64,000 nt of DNA from Rhizaria sp. SCN 62-66 (Eukaryota): assembly GCA_001724265.1 (NCBI GenBank), contig MEDY01000102.1, positions 1 through 64,000 of the forward strand, written 5' to 3'. The position numbers were made by a program, and so were the translations under genes. Shown one piece after another: positions 21,489 through 33,587 of this stretch. The notes under the pieces were generated by a model, which saw nothing but the letters and a program-made list of their open reading frames with translations, had not been told where the DNA came from and did no database searches. The first letter of the stretch is position 1. Each line of letters opens with the position of its first letter.

Positions 21489-24400
21489 TCAGTTCAGCTT
21501 CACGTCGGCCGGGTCCGCGACCGCCCCGTTGGCGGCACCAGCGGCGGCGGCGGGTTCGTCAGTGGCGGAGCCCTCGGCGGCGGCGATCTGCTGGCTCCAC
21601 AGCGCCGCGTACTTGCCGTCGCGCGCAAGCAGCTCGTCATGCGTGCCGCGCTCGATGATCTTGCCCTGCTCCAGGACCAAGATCTGCTCAGCGTGCATCA
21701 CAGTGCTCAGACGGTGCGCGATGACCAGCGTCGTGCGGCCCTTCTCCAGGGAACGCAGCGCGGCCTGTGAACAAGAAAAAACAATGGGAAGATCATAATA
21801 TAATGTTACGTGAGCTAAGTCAATAAGTAAATACGAGTTATATACCCAAAATACAGTTTCAATACAGCAATACGTTTTGAATGAGATGATATAGCGGACT
21901 ATTTTGTTCGCAGCGACAACGTACCTGGATGCGCTGCTCGTTGAGCGTGTCGAGCGCGGACGTCGCCTCGTCGAGCAGAATGATCGGGGGGTTCTTCAGC
22001 AGCGCGCGAGCGATCGCAACACGCTGCTTCTCGCCGCCGGACAGACGCAGCCCGCGCTCACCGACCTTGGTCTCCCACTTGTCCTTGAGCGAGAGGATGA
22101 AGTCGAGGATCTGCGCGTCGCGGCACGCCTGCTCGACCTCCTCCATCGTCGCGTCGAGCCGGCCGTAGCGGATGTTGTACAGCAGCGTCTCGTTGTACAG
22201 CACGGCGTCCTGCGGCACCGACGACAGCGCCTGCCGCAGGCTGTGCTGCGTAACCTTGCTCGTGTCCTGGCCGTCGATCAGAATGTGCCCGCCAGTGGTG
22301 TCGTAGTAGCGGAACAGCAGCTTGCCGATGGTGCTCTTGCCCGCGCCCGTGGTGCCCACCAGCGCCGTCGTCGTACCCGGCGCGACGGTGAAGGACACGC
22401 CGTCGAGCCCGCGCCCGCTGCGCTGCTCGGGGTACGCGAAGCAGACGTCGCGGAACTCGATCGTCGCGCCGTTAGCGGGGTCCGTGAGGCGGAGCTCGGT
22501 GGCGTCGGGCGCGTCCTTGACGTCCTGCTTCACGCCCAGCAGGTCCAGCAAACTGGTCATGTCAGTCAGCGACTGGATCACCATGTCAAACACAGTGCCA
22601 AGGAATGACAGAGGGGTGAAGAGCTGCACGACGTAGGCGCTCACGGCACTGAAACGGCCGATTGAGAGCTCGCCGCTGGCGACCTTGGCACCGGCGACAA
22701 ACAGGGCCAGCAGCAGGCACATCTGGATGATGAAGCCCTGCAGAGTGTTCAGGAACGCAAGGGAGTACTGCGTCTTGACGTTGTATGCCTGCGGAGTGAG
22801 ATGGAAAAACAAGAAACATCAAACATATGTGAGCAAACGAAAAGAGTTGAATCTAAATCAAGATTCAAGACACCGAGAAAGAGCATGATTGGTGCAACGG
22901 TAAAATCGGACGTACCTGGTACTGCTTGATGGCATCGACGTAGCGTCCTTTCTCGAACTCCTCGTTGGAGAAGGCTTTTGCGGTCTCGTAGTTAATGAGC
23001 GAGTCGGCGGCCAGCTCGTGGTAGAGGTTGTCGTACATGTTGGTGCTCCGGCGGATGACCTTGCGCCACTTGGTGAGCTCAAACGTGCTGCAGAGGTACG
23101 CGGAGATGTGCACGAGCACGATGACCGACAGCAGCGGCTCGCGGAACACGGTCAGGAAGATGATGAAGACGACGAAGCACTCGACAATGCACGGCAGCAG
23201 GTACAAGAACAGGTACGTCACCACCGTGTCGGCAGCCAAGATGCCGCGGTCCGAGCTGCGCAGCACGGTGCCGATCTTCTTGCTGACGTGCCACTGTAGC
23301 GACAGCGAGTGCAGGTGGCTGAAGGTGTGCTGTGCGAGCTCCACGAACGCGTGCTGCTTCACCTGGAGGTAAATCGCGTTCTGCAGCTGCTTCAGCAGAA
23401 TCGAGCCGAAGAGGAAGCCGCAGTACAGCGACAAGTAGCCGTACGGCGTCGTCTCCTCGCTCGTCAGCTGGTCAACGGCCATGCCAATGAAGAGTGGCGC
23501 GATGATTGAGAAGACCTTCGACGCGACAAGCGCGGCCCAGGTAAGCGCGACCTTGACGCGCGGCATCACCCCCTCGGGCCAAAAGTACGGCCGCAGCAGC
23601 GTCGACAGCTCGCTGTAGCGCCACGCCTCCTTCTCCGCCCGCGCGCGCGCGGCGGCTGCGTGCTGCAGCTCAACCAGCTCGGCGGCCTCCACGCGCCGCG
23701 CCTCGCGCGCCTCGTGGTCGTGCAGCGCGTTGCCCGACAGGTGCCGCGCCTCAGCCGCCGCGCGGAGCCGCGCCTCGTCGTTGGCCGCGAGCCGCTTGGA
23801 GCGCGCCTCCAGCTCGGGCTCGGGGCCCGTGCCCCACTTGTCGGGAATGTGAGGGGCGAGCATGACGGCGCCGGCGCACTCGGCCGCGCAGCACAGCGTC
23901 GTGAGCAGCAGCAGGAACGTGTAGCCGCCGTTGGCGCCCGACCAGTCCCACACGACGAGCTTGCAGATGAGCAGCAGCAGCGAGATGAGCGTGACCCAGT
24001 ACGCGCTGATGGGCGCCCAGCGCGACGCGGAGCCCTCGTAAGTGACCGAGTAGAGGAACCAGAAGAAGACGGCGGCGCGGGCGAGCACAACGAAGAACAC
24101 GTCGAAGAGCGCGGTGCCCATTTGCCAGTGCGTGAGTTCATCGCGGCCCATCGACGCCAGGTCGAACCCGTTGATCGAGAGGTAGATGAGCGTGAAGAGG
24201 AAGAGCTCGCCCGAGACGACGTAGCGCGCATAGGTCCAGCGCTGCGTGAACCGCTCGCGGCACTCAGTGATAAACGCGTCGTCCACTGCGTTCGGGTCAG
24301 GCTTGTTCGCGGGCGCAAAACTATCTCCGGAGCGCGGCGACGGGGCGTTCGAGTGCGATTGCAACTGTGACTGCGCGTGTGCGCCGCCGGACTGCGCCGG

Positions 24401-24727
24401 GGAGGTCGCAGAGGAGGACGCGCGCGAGGACGCTTGCGGCAAGTAGGCCGACGAGGGCAGCGAGCCGCGGAACGACATGTTGGTGTCGGCGCGGTTCAGC
24501 GATGACGGGGTTGAGCCGGTGCGCGGCTGACCCTGCGCGGCGTGGTGGCCGGCACTGTGGCCGTTGGTGTTGTGGCCCCTGCTGTGGCCGGCGTTGATCG
24601 AGTGCGCGGGGGCGGCGGCGGTGGGGGAGGGTGCGGTGGCGTCGTCGTCCTCTTTGAAGACGGCGTAGTCGGCCTTCTTTGACCCCGCGGTGGGTTTATG
24701 GGAGCTCTGGCTCCCGTGAGACGCCAT
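21489..24727 (-). CDS. ABCB6/HMT1-type half-size ABC transporter with an extra N-terminal TM region (exons 24727-22916, 22788-21925, 21764-21489)
   Basis: [37 protein letters not shown], Walker [10 protein letters not shown], signature LSGGEKQR, Walker [11 protein letters not shown] and IAHRLST. Stop is TGA. Confidence 0.92.
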
Positions 24728-25256
24728 AGAGACGCCGCGGGCTGATCAGGAAGGAAGAAATAAAAGAGGACAAAGTGAAATCGTTGAGGAATGTGTGAGC
24801 GGTGAAATGAGTCATCGGGTCGAGTGTAGCCAAAGCGATCTAGTCCCATACGCAGGGATAGATACAGCTGCTGACAAAACATACAGCAAAATAAGTCTAA
24901 GTTGAGTGTGTAAATTGCATAACGCGCACTTTCTCACCAAAACAGCTGGTTTGTGTAGGATAAAAGCAGTCTTTCCGTTGCGCAGTTCCTGTTTGTCCGG
25001 ATCGGCATTTTCGCGGAAGTTGTCGGCTCCCGAAAAGAAGTGATATGAACGACAAATAGAGTGTCTGAAGTCGTCATTTTCGATATATTGACAATTTATA
25101 AGCATGTACTTCGATTGTTATCTCATATTGGTATTGACGGTGCTTTGATCGAGATCTCACATTGTCTAAGCTCCATGTTCTCGAAGCTCTTCCGTCACGT
25201 CGCAGCCTCCATCCACGTGACCCACACTCGCTGCTGCCCCCAGCGATACTCAGCGG

Positions 25257-27446
25257 ATGTCACTCGTTGAGTTGACCCGTGTGGGGCCAAGTTACTTCAT
25301 CTGGAACCATGCTACGGCCGAATTTGTTTCACGCTCCCACAATATCGTCCTTGAGGCCCCTTTCACCACAAACGCCTCGGTAACCACAGCGTCTTGTCCC
25401 GGGCGCGATCGCAGTGCTCGTAACGCTGCCCCAATTCCAGACGTTGCGACTGACGATGTCGCCGACAACGAGACTACTAGTAGCACTGACCAATTGCTCC
25501 AAGCGCCCCCATTCGCACTCTCGCCAGAACAGGCCCGCTACTTGATCCGCATCGGCGTCGCCCACATTGCTACTGATGAAACTGCAACGCAGGCGGTTGC
25601 CAGAACTGACGCAACCGTGGCACACGGGAGCGAAACCAGTTCGGGTTGCGTTGCCGTGTCTGTGGATGTTGTGGCGCGACTGGAAGCACAGGTCAGTGCG
25701 TATTTAAGCACGTTTGCAGACTCTACGCTAGCTGCTGTGGCCAAGGCTGCAGAGGGTCGCGCCCGCGCCCAGGCCCAGGTCCAGACCCGCGCGCGCGCTG
25801 CCGCCGCTGCTGCTGCTGCTACTGCTGCTGCCGCTGCTGTTGCTGCTACCAACACTGCTGTTGCTGACGCAAATGACGCTTTGACCACGACTGTGGACAA
25901 AAGCTGCAACGATTTATCACCTGAGACAGTCGCGTCTGAAGGATCACCAGAGTCTGGGTCTGAGTCTGTGATCGTGACTGCCACGGTGACTGCGACGGCG
26001 GCTGCGACGGCGGCTGCAGAGACTGCAACTGCGGAGACTGTTGCCCACAATGACAGCGTGCAGATTACGATTACAGTCCTCCCGCCGCCGCTGCCTGCAA
26101 ACGCCCTGTTCGTCCGCGTCCCACTCTGCGCCGCCGCAGTGTGTAGCGACCTCGACTACCTGCTTGCACTCGCAGTCAGCGCAGTCGTACAACACGCTCG
26201 CACGTGTGTGCCGAACACTGTCACAGGTGATACTGCGCCTGAGAGCGCGGCCCAGCTGTGGCAGCGGGTGTCGCCCGTGTTTCAGCTGCCCGCTGCCGCT
26301 GACGTTGCTGACGCGTACGTTCGCTCCGAGAAGCTTGGCCAGACTGCTGCGAGCCAGGGTGATAATCGCAGCTGTGAGTGCAGCAGTGCAAGCGCCAACG
26401 CCGTTGCATACGCCACGCGGCGCCTCACATCGCTGAGGGCGGGCGCTAGCGCCTTGTCTCAGCAGCCGGACCTATGGCGCCACCTTGGGCGCGCCCTAGC
26501 TGCCGCGGGGGCGTTTTCAACAGCGACGACGCCGACACAGTTAACTAATGATGAGTCAAATGGCGCAGATGTGGCGAAAGTGATCAACCGTTCTGCTGCC
26601 GCCTCCAGCGCGGCGGCGGCTCCCCCTATTGTAACGAACGTCGGAAACGGCGCATTCATTGCTGTACCGACTGGGGCGCCTGTCACAAAAACTGGTGTGT
26701 TGACCAGTGACGCCACACATGCAGAGTCTACTGTCACAACAGAGACGCTGCCACCCACGCACAAGGTACGCTTATGTCCATTCATCTCACCGACTCGGTC
26801 ACAGGTCACAAGCGGTTTACGGACCCCATCGTAATGTGTTGATGCAGCTAACGCACAATTTTCTATTTGTGCTCTTGTTTTGCTCTTTGTGTGTGTTTTT
26901 TTCTAGGACTGTGTTTTCGGCGATCTGACAGCGCAGGGGCTGTTCTTAGGCTCAGGCGCCTCGTTCGGTGCGCACTATCTGCTCTACACACGCCCGCCCG
27001 CGGCCGTACACTCGGCCGCGATGCTCACGGTCACGGACTGGGACGAGGGCGGTGAGGACGCAAACAGTGAGACGGGGCAAAGGGGGCAGACAGTCTTGAG
27101 GGGGCAGGATATTGCTGCAAGGTACGACGAAAGAACTCACATCTCATAGCAACGTGTGTACATATATAACGACGTTATATTAAGACGACACTTTAGCTTC
27201 GCGCATCTTGTATTTGTATGGTCTTTAATAACCCATCATGACGACTGTCCCTGCATTTGGCTCATAACGATATTACGTCTTTTGTCCCATTTTTAAACCC
27301 ATAGTATGCGCGTGGCAACCAATGCGCACAAGCGTTTTGTGATGGCTGCGCCTTTCTCCTCCTCAACAAACGTCAAAGACAGTGATTCCACGGTAGCATA
27401 TTTCACGTTTGAGTGGGACTCAGCGATGTCAGCCGTGCCGCTGTAA
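25257..27446 (+). CDS. TSEN34: tRNA-splicing endonuclease catalytic subunit Sen34 (exons 25257-26765, 26907-27121, 27305-27446)
   Basis: N-terminal YFIWN...HNIV and PFALSPEQARYLI..G. Spliced C-terminus VFGDL...GLFLGSGASFGAHYLLY.RPP...HS...RVATNAHK...YFTFEW retains the Tyr/His/Lys catalytic triad. Stop is TAA. Confidence 0.8.
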
Positions 27447-28022
27447 GCAGCGGCCAGTGAGAGGCTCGAATTTACCTGCGTTTCTTTTTGTGGCGACGGG
27501 CATCGCTTTACGGTATCTACAAGATATTCATGCATGATATATAGTTGACGGGATCACCCATACATATTGTAATTAATTCTATGCATTAGAGTTGACATTT
27601 TAATTTGAGCGCAGGTAGGCTCTATTACCAGGCTTAAAAGTCTAATATGGCGACAACTCCGCAAGCGAAGTTGCTCGTCGACTGCAAGAGTGCGACGCGC
27701 TGCAAAATTTGGCACGTCGACAAAAAAAGAATGCGCGACTTAAGCACAACGTCAACGTTGCGTCTTTTTACCTCATCGTAAAGGCATTGTGTGATACCGT
27801 TTGTATCCAATATTGAATTGCTCTACTGCAACGCACATCCTCTTATTTATGCGGTTGAGATGGCACCAATTTTCAGGTCAGGGTCAACGTTCTCCCGTCC
27901 ACGCATCGGCACCCCGTTTTCGGCTTCGGCTCACTCCCTTTTGCACGTGCGTTTACGTCCGTTTTTCTGTCGCTTTGCGCCATTTTAGACCCGAGTCTCA
28001 AGGTCTCCTTGTCTCGGCTATC

Positions 28023-30815
28023 ATGTCCACTGCCTCTTTGATGGAGTCGAGGGCAGTTGAGCCTTCTGGCGCTGCTTACGCTCGTCTCTCCGACGACGAG
28101 GATTTGCGCGCTCCTTCGCAATCCCCCTCCAAGCTATCTGGCGAGTTTTCCTCTGCTGAAGTCCAACCTGCCAATCTTCCTCCGTGGCACCGCCGTGTGT
28201 ACCGCTCCCTGCGTCGCTCCGTGCGCGGCGTCGTGCCGGTCCCGGTGCGTCTCGTCTTCATGCTGTTGAGCGTCAGTCAAGAGATGCCCGTGACGGCCAT
28301 TGGTTACATCCTCACCAACGACCTGAAGTTCGGCCCCGAAGAGCTGTCGTCTTATTACCTGGTTACCTACACCGCGTGGCTTTTCAAGCCCCTATACGGC
28401 TTTGTGTCCGACAACTTCCCCATCCTCGGCTACCGTCGCCGCCCCTACATCATGATCTTCTCCGTCGTCACCGCCTTCATCTTCTTCGCGATGTCGACCT
28501 GGGCGCACGACCACCTACTCTTTACCGTGCTTGGTGTTGCCAACGCGGCCGCTATTTGTTTTGCCGAGGTCATGATGGACGGCGTGTCGACGGAGCTGGG
28601 CAACGAACTCAAGCACAAGCTACGACAGCGCGACGCCAACGCCATCCTCCGCGCCCGCCGCTTCGAGCAGCAGGGCGCGGGCGCCGACGGCCAGCTCGTC
28701 GACGGCGAGTGCGAGTGCGAGTCCGACGGCGAGGGCCTGCTCACGCTGATGCCTCCCTCGAGCCACGGAGCGATCGAAGGCCACGAAGCCGACGGCGGAC
28801 TGCTCTCGCCGACTGCTGAGACGGCGCACACGATGGGCGACATCGCGATCTCGGCCGCGCCCGGTCCGCACGACCGCGCCGCGGCGTACTACGACATCCG
28901 CACGCTCGACACGGTGCGCGCGCACGACGCTCACGGTCACTGTCACGCCCACAGTCACGAGCACGCTCACGCGCTCGCTCTTAAGGACGGCTCCAACGCG
29001 CAGAGCCACGGCGCAGGGTCGCTTGAGGGCGACGCCGTGGCCGCCGCCGTGGCCGCGGTCGGCACCGTGTCTAGCTCCTCCTCTGCCGCGGACGCTGAGA
29101 ACGCCAAGAACGCTGCGCTCGAGGCGGCTGAGCGCGTGCTGCTGCCTCCACACGCGCGGACGCAGGTCGCCACCGGCACGATGCGCGCGCTCGACAAGAG
29201 CCTGCGCCGCGACGCTCAAAATGGCGACGGCAATGGCGTCTGTGTCAGCGGCAGCGGCGCCAAGTGTCGCGGCGGGCCCAAGTGCCGCCGCGGCGCCGGT
29301 GCGGCGCCAGGCGTGTCGACCTCGGGCAGCATCAACTCCGACGCCGACTCGGACAGCAACGACAACAACGACCTCAAGAAGAGCAGCAGCAAGGTCGGCT
29401 CCTGCAGCGGCGGCGCGCCCCCGCACTCGTGTAGCGTTGTCGCCGACGCCAACGACGGCTCTGGCACGCCCCTCACCGAGGACGAGGAGGACGAGCAGAT
29501 CCTCATGGCGGGCCTGTCCGCCTCGACTGCGCGTGCGTCGATCCAGGCCGAGTGCATGACTGTGCGTTCCTTTGCGTCGCTGCTGGCCGCTGCGGCCTCA
29601 CTGGGCGTGCTCTACTTCGCGACCCCGCGCGCTCTCGTGCTGGGCATGATGGCCGTGCCCATCGTCACCATCGTCGTCGCGCGCTGGGTCCCCGAGACCT
29701 CGCGCCGCGTTGTCGGCGCCGACGTGACTCGCCACGCGCAAAGCGACGCCGAGGCCGCGGCGCTGGCCGAGGCCGATGCCGAGCGCGCCGCGTACCCCTG
29801 CTGCGCTGACTCGATCGACGCCATGATGGCCGCAGAGGCCGCCGCGCTCAACGGCGGTGATAATAGCATTGGCAACGCCGACGCTTCTTTGAATGCCGCT
29901 GGCGCCCCCGCGCTCGACATGAGCAACGGCAGCCGCGCCGCTGTCGACGGCGTGGACCCCAGTGCGCTGTACGCGTCGCGCCCGCGCCGCCCACGCGTGA
30001 CGTGCTGCTCGTGCCGGCTCATCGGCCGCCTGCTCTGGTTCCGCACCAAGGTCGTGCTGCGTGCGATGCTGCTGCTGGCGCGGCCCGTGATCTTTATGTT
30101 CGTCGCCAACGCGATGCCCACGTCGACGGACTCGTACTTCGGATACATGTACTCGCTCTCGTACCCGGTGTGGATGTACTCGTTCTTCACCTTCGTGTCG
30201 CTGCTCGGCGCGTTGCTCGGCTCCATGCTCTACTGGAAGGGCTTCTCGCGCATCTCGCTGCGCAAGGTGTTCGTCATCGCCACTGCGCTGTCACTCGTGG
30301 CCTCGATCCCGACGCTGCTGTTCGTGTCGGGCTACGCGCACGACCACTGGGGCATCTCGCACAAGGTCGCCGCGCCCGTGGCCAACTTCTTCGGCGCCGT
30401 ATTCGGCCGCATCGTGCTCATGCCCACGGTTGTGCTGGCCGCCGAGTCGGCGCCGCCGCACCTGGGGCTCGAGTCGACGATGTTCTCCGTCTTCACGTCG
30501 GTGTCGCACGCGGCGTCGTTCGTGTCGTACGCCATTTCGGTCGCCTTCATCCGGTACTTTAAGCTGACGTGGGAGGATTACAGCAACCTCACGCCCTTTA
30601 TGCTTGTGTGCATGGCTTTCACGCTTGTCCCGCTGCTGGGACTCCCCATCCTCCCGCGCGCGAACGAAGAGGACCTGCTGGCCAACGAAGTCACCGTCCA
30701 GGCCCTGCTCGGCGCCGACGCGGTCACCGCGCCGGCCAAAGGGCAGCAGCAGCAACAACAGCAAGAGGATCTGAAGCAGAGTCAGCAGCAGGTGAGCACG
30801 AAGGTGAGTGTGTAA
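28023..30815 (+). CDS. BT1-family folate/biopterin transporter (MFS) with large loop insertions
   Basis: Family signature WLFKPLYGFVSDNFPILGYRRRPY, FAEVMMDG, MPTVVLAA...P...LESTMFS, and multiple TM segments. Stop is TAA. Confidence 0.88.
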   Translation: MSTASLMESRAVEPSGAAYARLSDDEDLRAPSQSPSKLSGEFSSAEVQPANLPPWHRRVYRSLRRSVRGVVPVPVRLVFMLLSVSQEMPVTAIGYILTNDLKFGPEELSSYYLVTYTAWLFKPLYGFVSDNFPILGYRRRPYIMIFSVVTAFIFFAMSTWAHDHLLFTVLGVANAAAICFAEVMMDGVSTELGNELKHKLRQRDANAILRARRFEQQGAGADGQLVDGECECESDGEGLLTLMPPSSHGAIEGHEADGGLLSPTAETAHTMGDIAISAAPGPHDRAAAYYDIRTLDTVRAHDAHGHCHAHSHEHAHALALKDGSNAQSHGAGSLEGDAVAAAVAAVGTVSSSSSAADAENAKNAALEAAERVLLPPHARTQVATGTMRALDKSLRRDAQNGDGNGVCVSGSGAKCRGGPKCRRGAGAAPGVSTSGSINSDADSDSNDNNDLKKSSSKVGSCSGGAPPHSCSVVADANDGSGTPLTEDEEDEQILMAGLSASTARASIQAECMTVRSFASLLAAAASLGVLYFATPRALVLGMMAVPIVTIVVARWVPETSRRVVGADVTRHAQSDAEAAALAEADAERAAYPCCADSIDAMMAAEAAALNGGDNSIGNADASLNAAGAPALDMSNGSRAAVDGVDPSALYASRPRRPRVTCCSCRLIGRLLWFRTKVVLRAMLLLARPVIFMFVANAMPTSTDSYFGYMYSLSYPVWMYSFFTFVSLLGALLGSMLYWKGFSRISLRKVFVIATALSLVASIPTLLFVSGYAHDHWGISHKVAAPVANFFGAVFGRIVLMPTVVLAAESAPPHLGLESTMFSVFTSVSHAASFVSYAISVAFIRYFKLTWEDYSNLTPFMLVCMAFTLVPLLGLPILPRANEEDLLANEVTVQALLGADAVTAPAKGQQQQQQQEDLKQSQQQVSTKVSV

Positions 30816-31772
30816 TTGAGACTGCGAAGACCGCTATTTATGATGATGTGTTTGACAGTGTTTTTCAGTAGCGATGACTACAAGAATTAGTATGGCCTGA
30901 TTTGTTGTTTGTTTTTGATATCTAGTTTTTGATCCTTGTATGATCAGTGTTTTGTTGCTTTATTTGTTTTAGTTGTCGTGAAATTAATATGAATACATGA
31001 ATCCATGGTGTTTAAGAGGTTAAATTTTAGTGTCGCAGTTTAGTTGCAGTACGGGCGGTGAAAGCGTCGCCGCTAGACGTACGGCAATTAAACAATGATA
31101 GATTGGGACCAATAATATATTGGGACATTTATTATCTGAGATTACATATGTGTAAGTTCATAAATACAAAATCTACTTGGAAGGTTGACCACAAGAGTTT
31201 TGATTTGAGGAGTGTGATCTGTGTATTGTTTATATTGCGATAAGTGCACACAGCTGCCATTTTGCGTCGGTCACAGAAGTGCACGCACATGCAGTTCATG
31301 CCACGTGACAGTGTCATCTTCTTTTGCTAAATCAAATCAACAACAATCGTGCTTTCACAGTTAAAAGTCAACGAAGTATTTTCAAACAGGTGCTATACAA
31401 AACCAAAACAAAACATACGATCGATTCAAACACACTTAATCGGTGCGTTCTTGTCCGCATATGAGTGTACGTGCTTTTCATTGTTGTTGAGTTGCTACAT
31501 TGTTCATAGCCAGCTTCATAATCACAAAAAGCTCGAGGGGGGATGCCAAGAAGCGGTCTAAGTAGCCGGCTCCCGCCCAACACATCCTGCAGCAAAACTC
31601 AAAACAAAGCACAAAACAAAACAAAACAAACAAAGCTAAAACAGAACAAAAACAAAAGCAGTTTCAAGCTAGACAAGCACGTGCGAATTGTCTTTACTTT
31701 ACTCCACCGTGCTGCTGAGCTGTTGCGCGCGTCATGCTTCACGCGTTCGCACTACTTACATCGACCGCGTAC

Positions 31773-33098
31773 TTACATGTGCGAGTAACTGTTTGCCGCG
31801 GGCACGCCCGCGCCGGCCTGGTAGCCCGGTGAAGAGTAGAACGACTGCTGCGGCGCGAGCCCGGGCTGCTGCTGCTGCGGGGACGCAAAGCCGCCCTGCT
31901 GGCCGTAGCCGGGGCCGTAGCCCGGGCTCGCAAAGCCGGGCTGGCCGCCGTAGCCGCCAGCTTGCCCGCCGAGCCCCGCGGGCGTGGGCTGTGCGTACCC
32001 CGACGCGCTTGCTTGCAGCCCGCCCGCGCCAGCCGTCGCCGCGCCGCCGCCCGGCGCCGAGGGCGAGAAGACGAGCTGGCCGGGCTGCATGTGCATGTTG
32101 ACGCCGCCGTTGTACCCCACGTTGCCGGGCGCGGCGCCGGGCGCGCCAGTGTAGGGCGAGGACGGCGCGCGGCCCATGCTGGGCATCGGCGCCGCGGCGC
32201 CGGGGAGTGCGGACCCGGTGACCTGGGGCGCGGCGCCGAGCCCCGAGACGGAGCGCGCGACGTCGCCGTTGGCCACGATACTGTTCTGCGCGTCGAACTG
32301 CGCGAGTGCAACCCAGAGGTTCTGCGCCTCCGAGATCGAGTCGATAGCGTTGAAGTTGTTGAGCGCGCGCGAGAGCGTCTCGAGGCACTGAGCGTGGTAC
32401 GCCAAGTGTGAGCGCAGCACGAAGTTCATCTTGTTCTTGAGCAGCTCGAGACGCGCGAACTCAAACTCAAGCATCGACGCGTTGAACGACATCTCCGTCT
32501 GTGCCATCGAGTCCAGCTCGGTGGCGTGGCGGCGCTGCATCTCCGCGGCCTCGGGCCCGCCGACCTTGATCTGCAGCTCGCTGAGCTTCTTGCCCGTGTT
32601 CTGGAGCTGCGAGAACTGCTTGCGCCGGTTCTCCGCCTGGCCGCGCTGCGTCGACAGCGTCGAGTCGAAGGCCTTGAGGTCGGGCAACACGTTGACCTGT
32701 AGCTGCGAGCTGAGCTGGACGACGGACTGGCGCGTCTTGGACCACTCGGTGTTGACGTTGGCGAGCGCAGCCTGGAACTGCGTCGAGCGCTCCACAGTCG
32801 CCATGTCTGAGATGCGGCGCATCGTCTCGCTCGTCGCCTCAAAGTCGCCTAAAGGGAAACAAACGCGAAATAGGTCGAATATAACGTAGAGTAGATTATA
32901 TGTGGGTTAGACTTAAATTTGAGGACATGGCACGGCATGGTAGAGTGAAACGTTCAAGTGGCACAGAGACAAGGCAGTGGTTGAGCTCGACGTACGCTCG
33001 AGGACGGAGCACATCTCACCGATGTGCTTCTTCATCTTGTTCTGGCTGCGGGAGACGTCCGCAAACAGCTTCTCCACATAATCGCTCTTACCGTTCAT
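31773..33098 (-). CDS. FAM92/CIBAR-like BAR-domain protein with a Gly/Pro/Gln/Tyr-rich tail (exons 33098-32996 and 32848-31773)
   Basis: Three-helix coiled-coil region ending FEFARLELLKNKM...HLAYHAQCLETLS.A..NF.AID, which resembles FAM92 helix 3. The GTACGT...TAG intron restores the frame. Stop is TAA. Confidence 0.65.
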
Positions 33099-33587
33099 TC
33101 TGGCGAAGCGAAAAGTCTACGCTGAGATAAGAAAGAGAGCAAAGAGCAAGGTTGTGAGTCGAGAGTCGTGAAGTGGGATACAAACACAAGCCCCGTGAGG
33201 CGCAGTGTCCGTAAGCAATCGTATATTTAAGAAATAAATTGCAAATATACTTGATAGAATTATAAATTTGTGAAACCGTCTTGAAAAATGCGGCTATATA
33301 GCATGGCACCTCGATTTGAGTAGTCGTAAGTTTTCTGACCGTTGAGAAACAGAGGCTCGCATTTTTTCGGAACCGAGCCCCAGCTGCAATCAGGAGCTTT
33401 CGACCAATCACAAAAATTGCGCCAGTACGGTCCATACTCCGTCAATAGTAATGGGATGACTTCAACCTATCTCTGCATATGCTTTAATAATATATACTTT
33501 GACATGCCATCTCCAAACTTGATTCTTGCTTCACAACCCCTCACGTGACAACTCATTCTCCTCTGTCACGCCGGTCTTGCTTCACAG

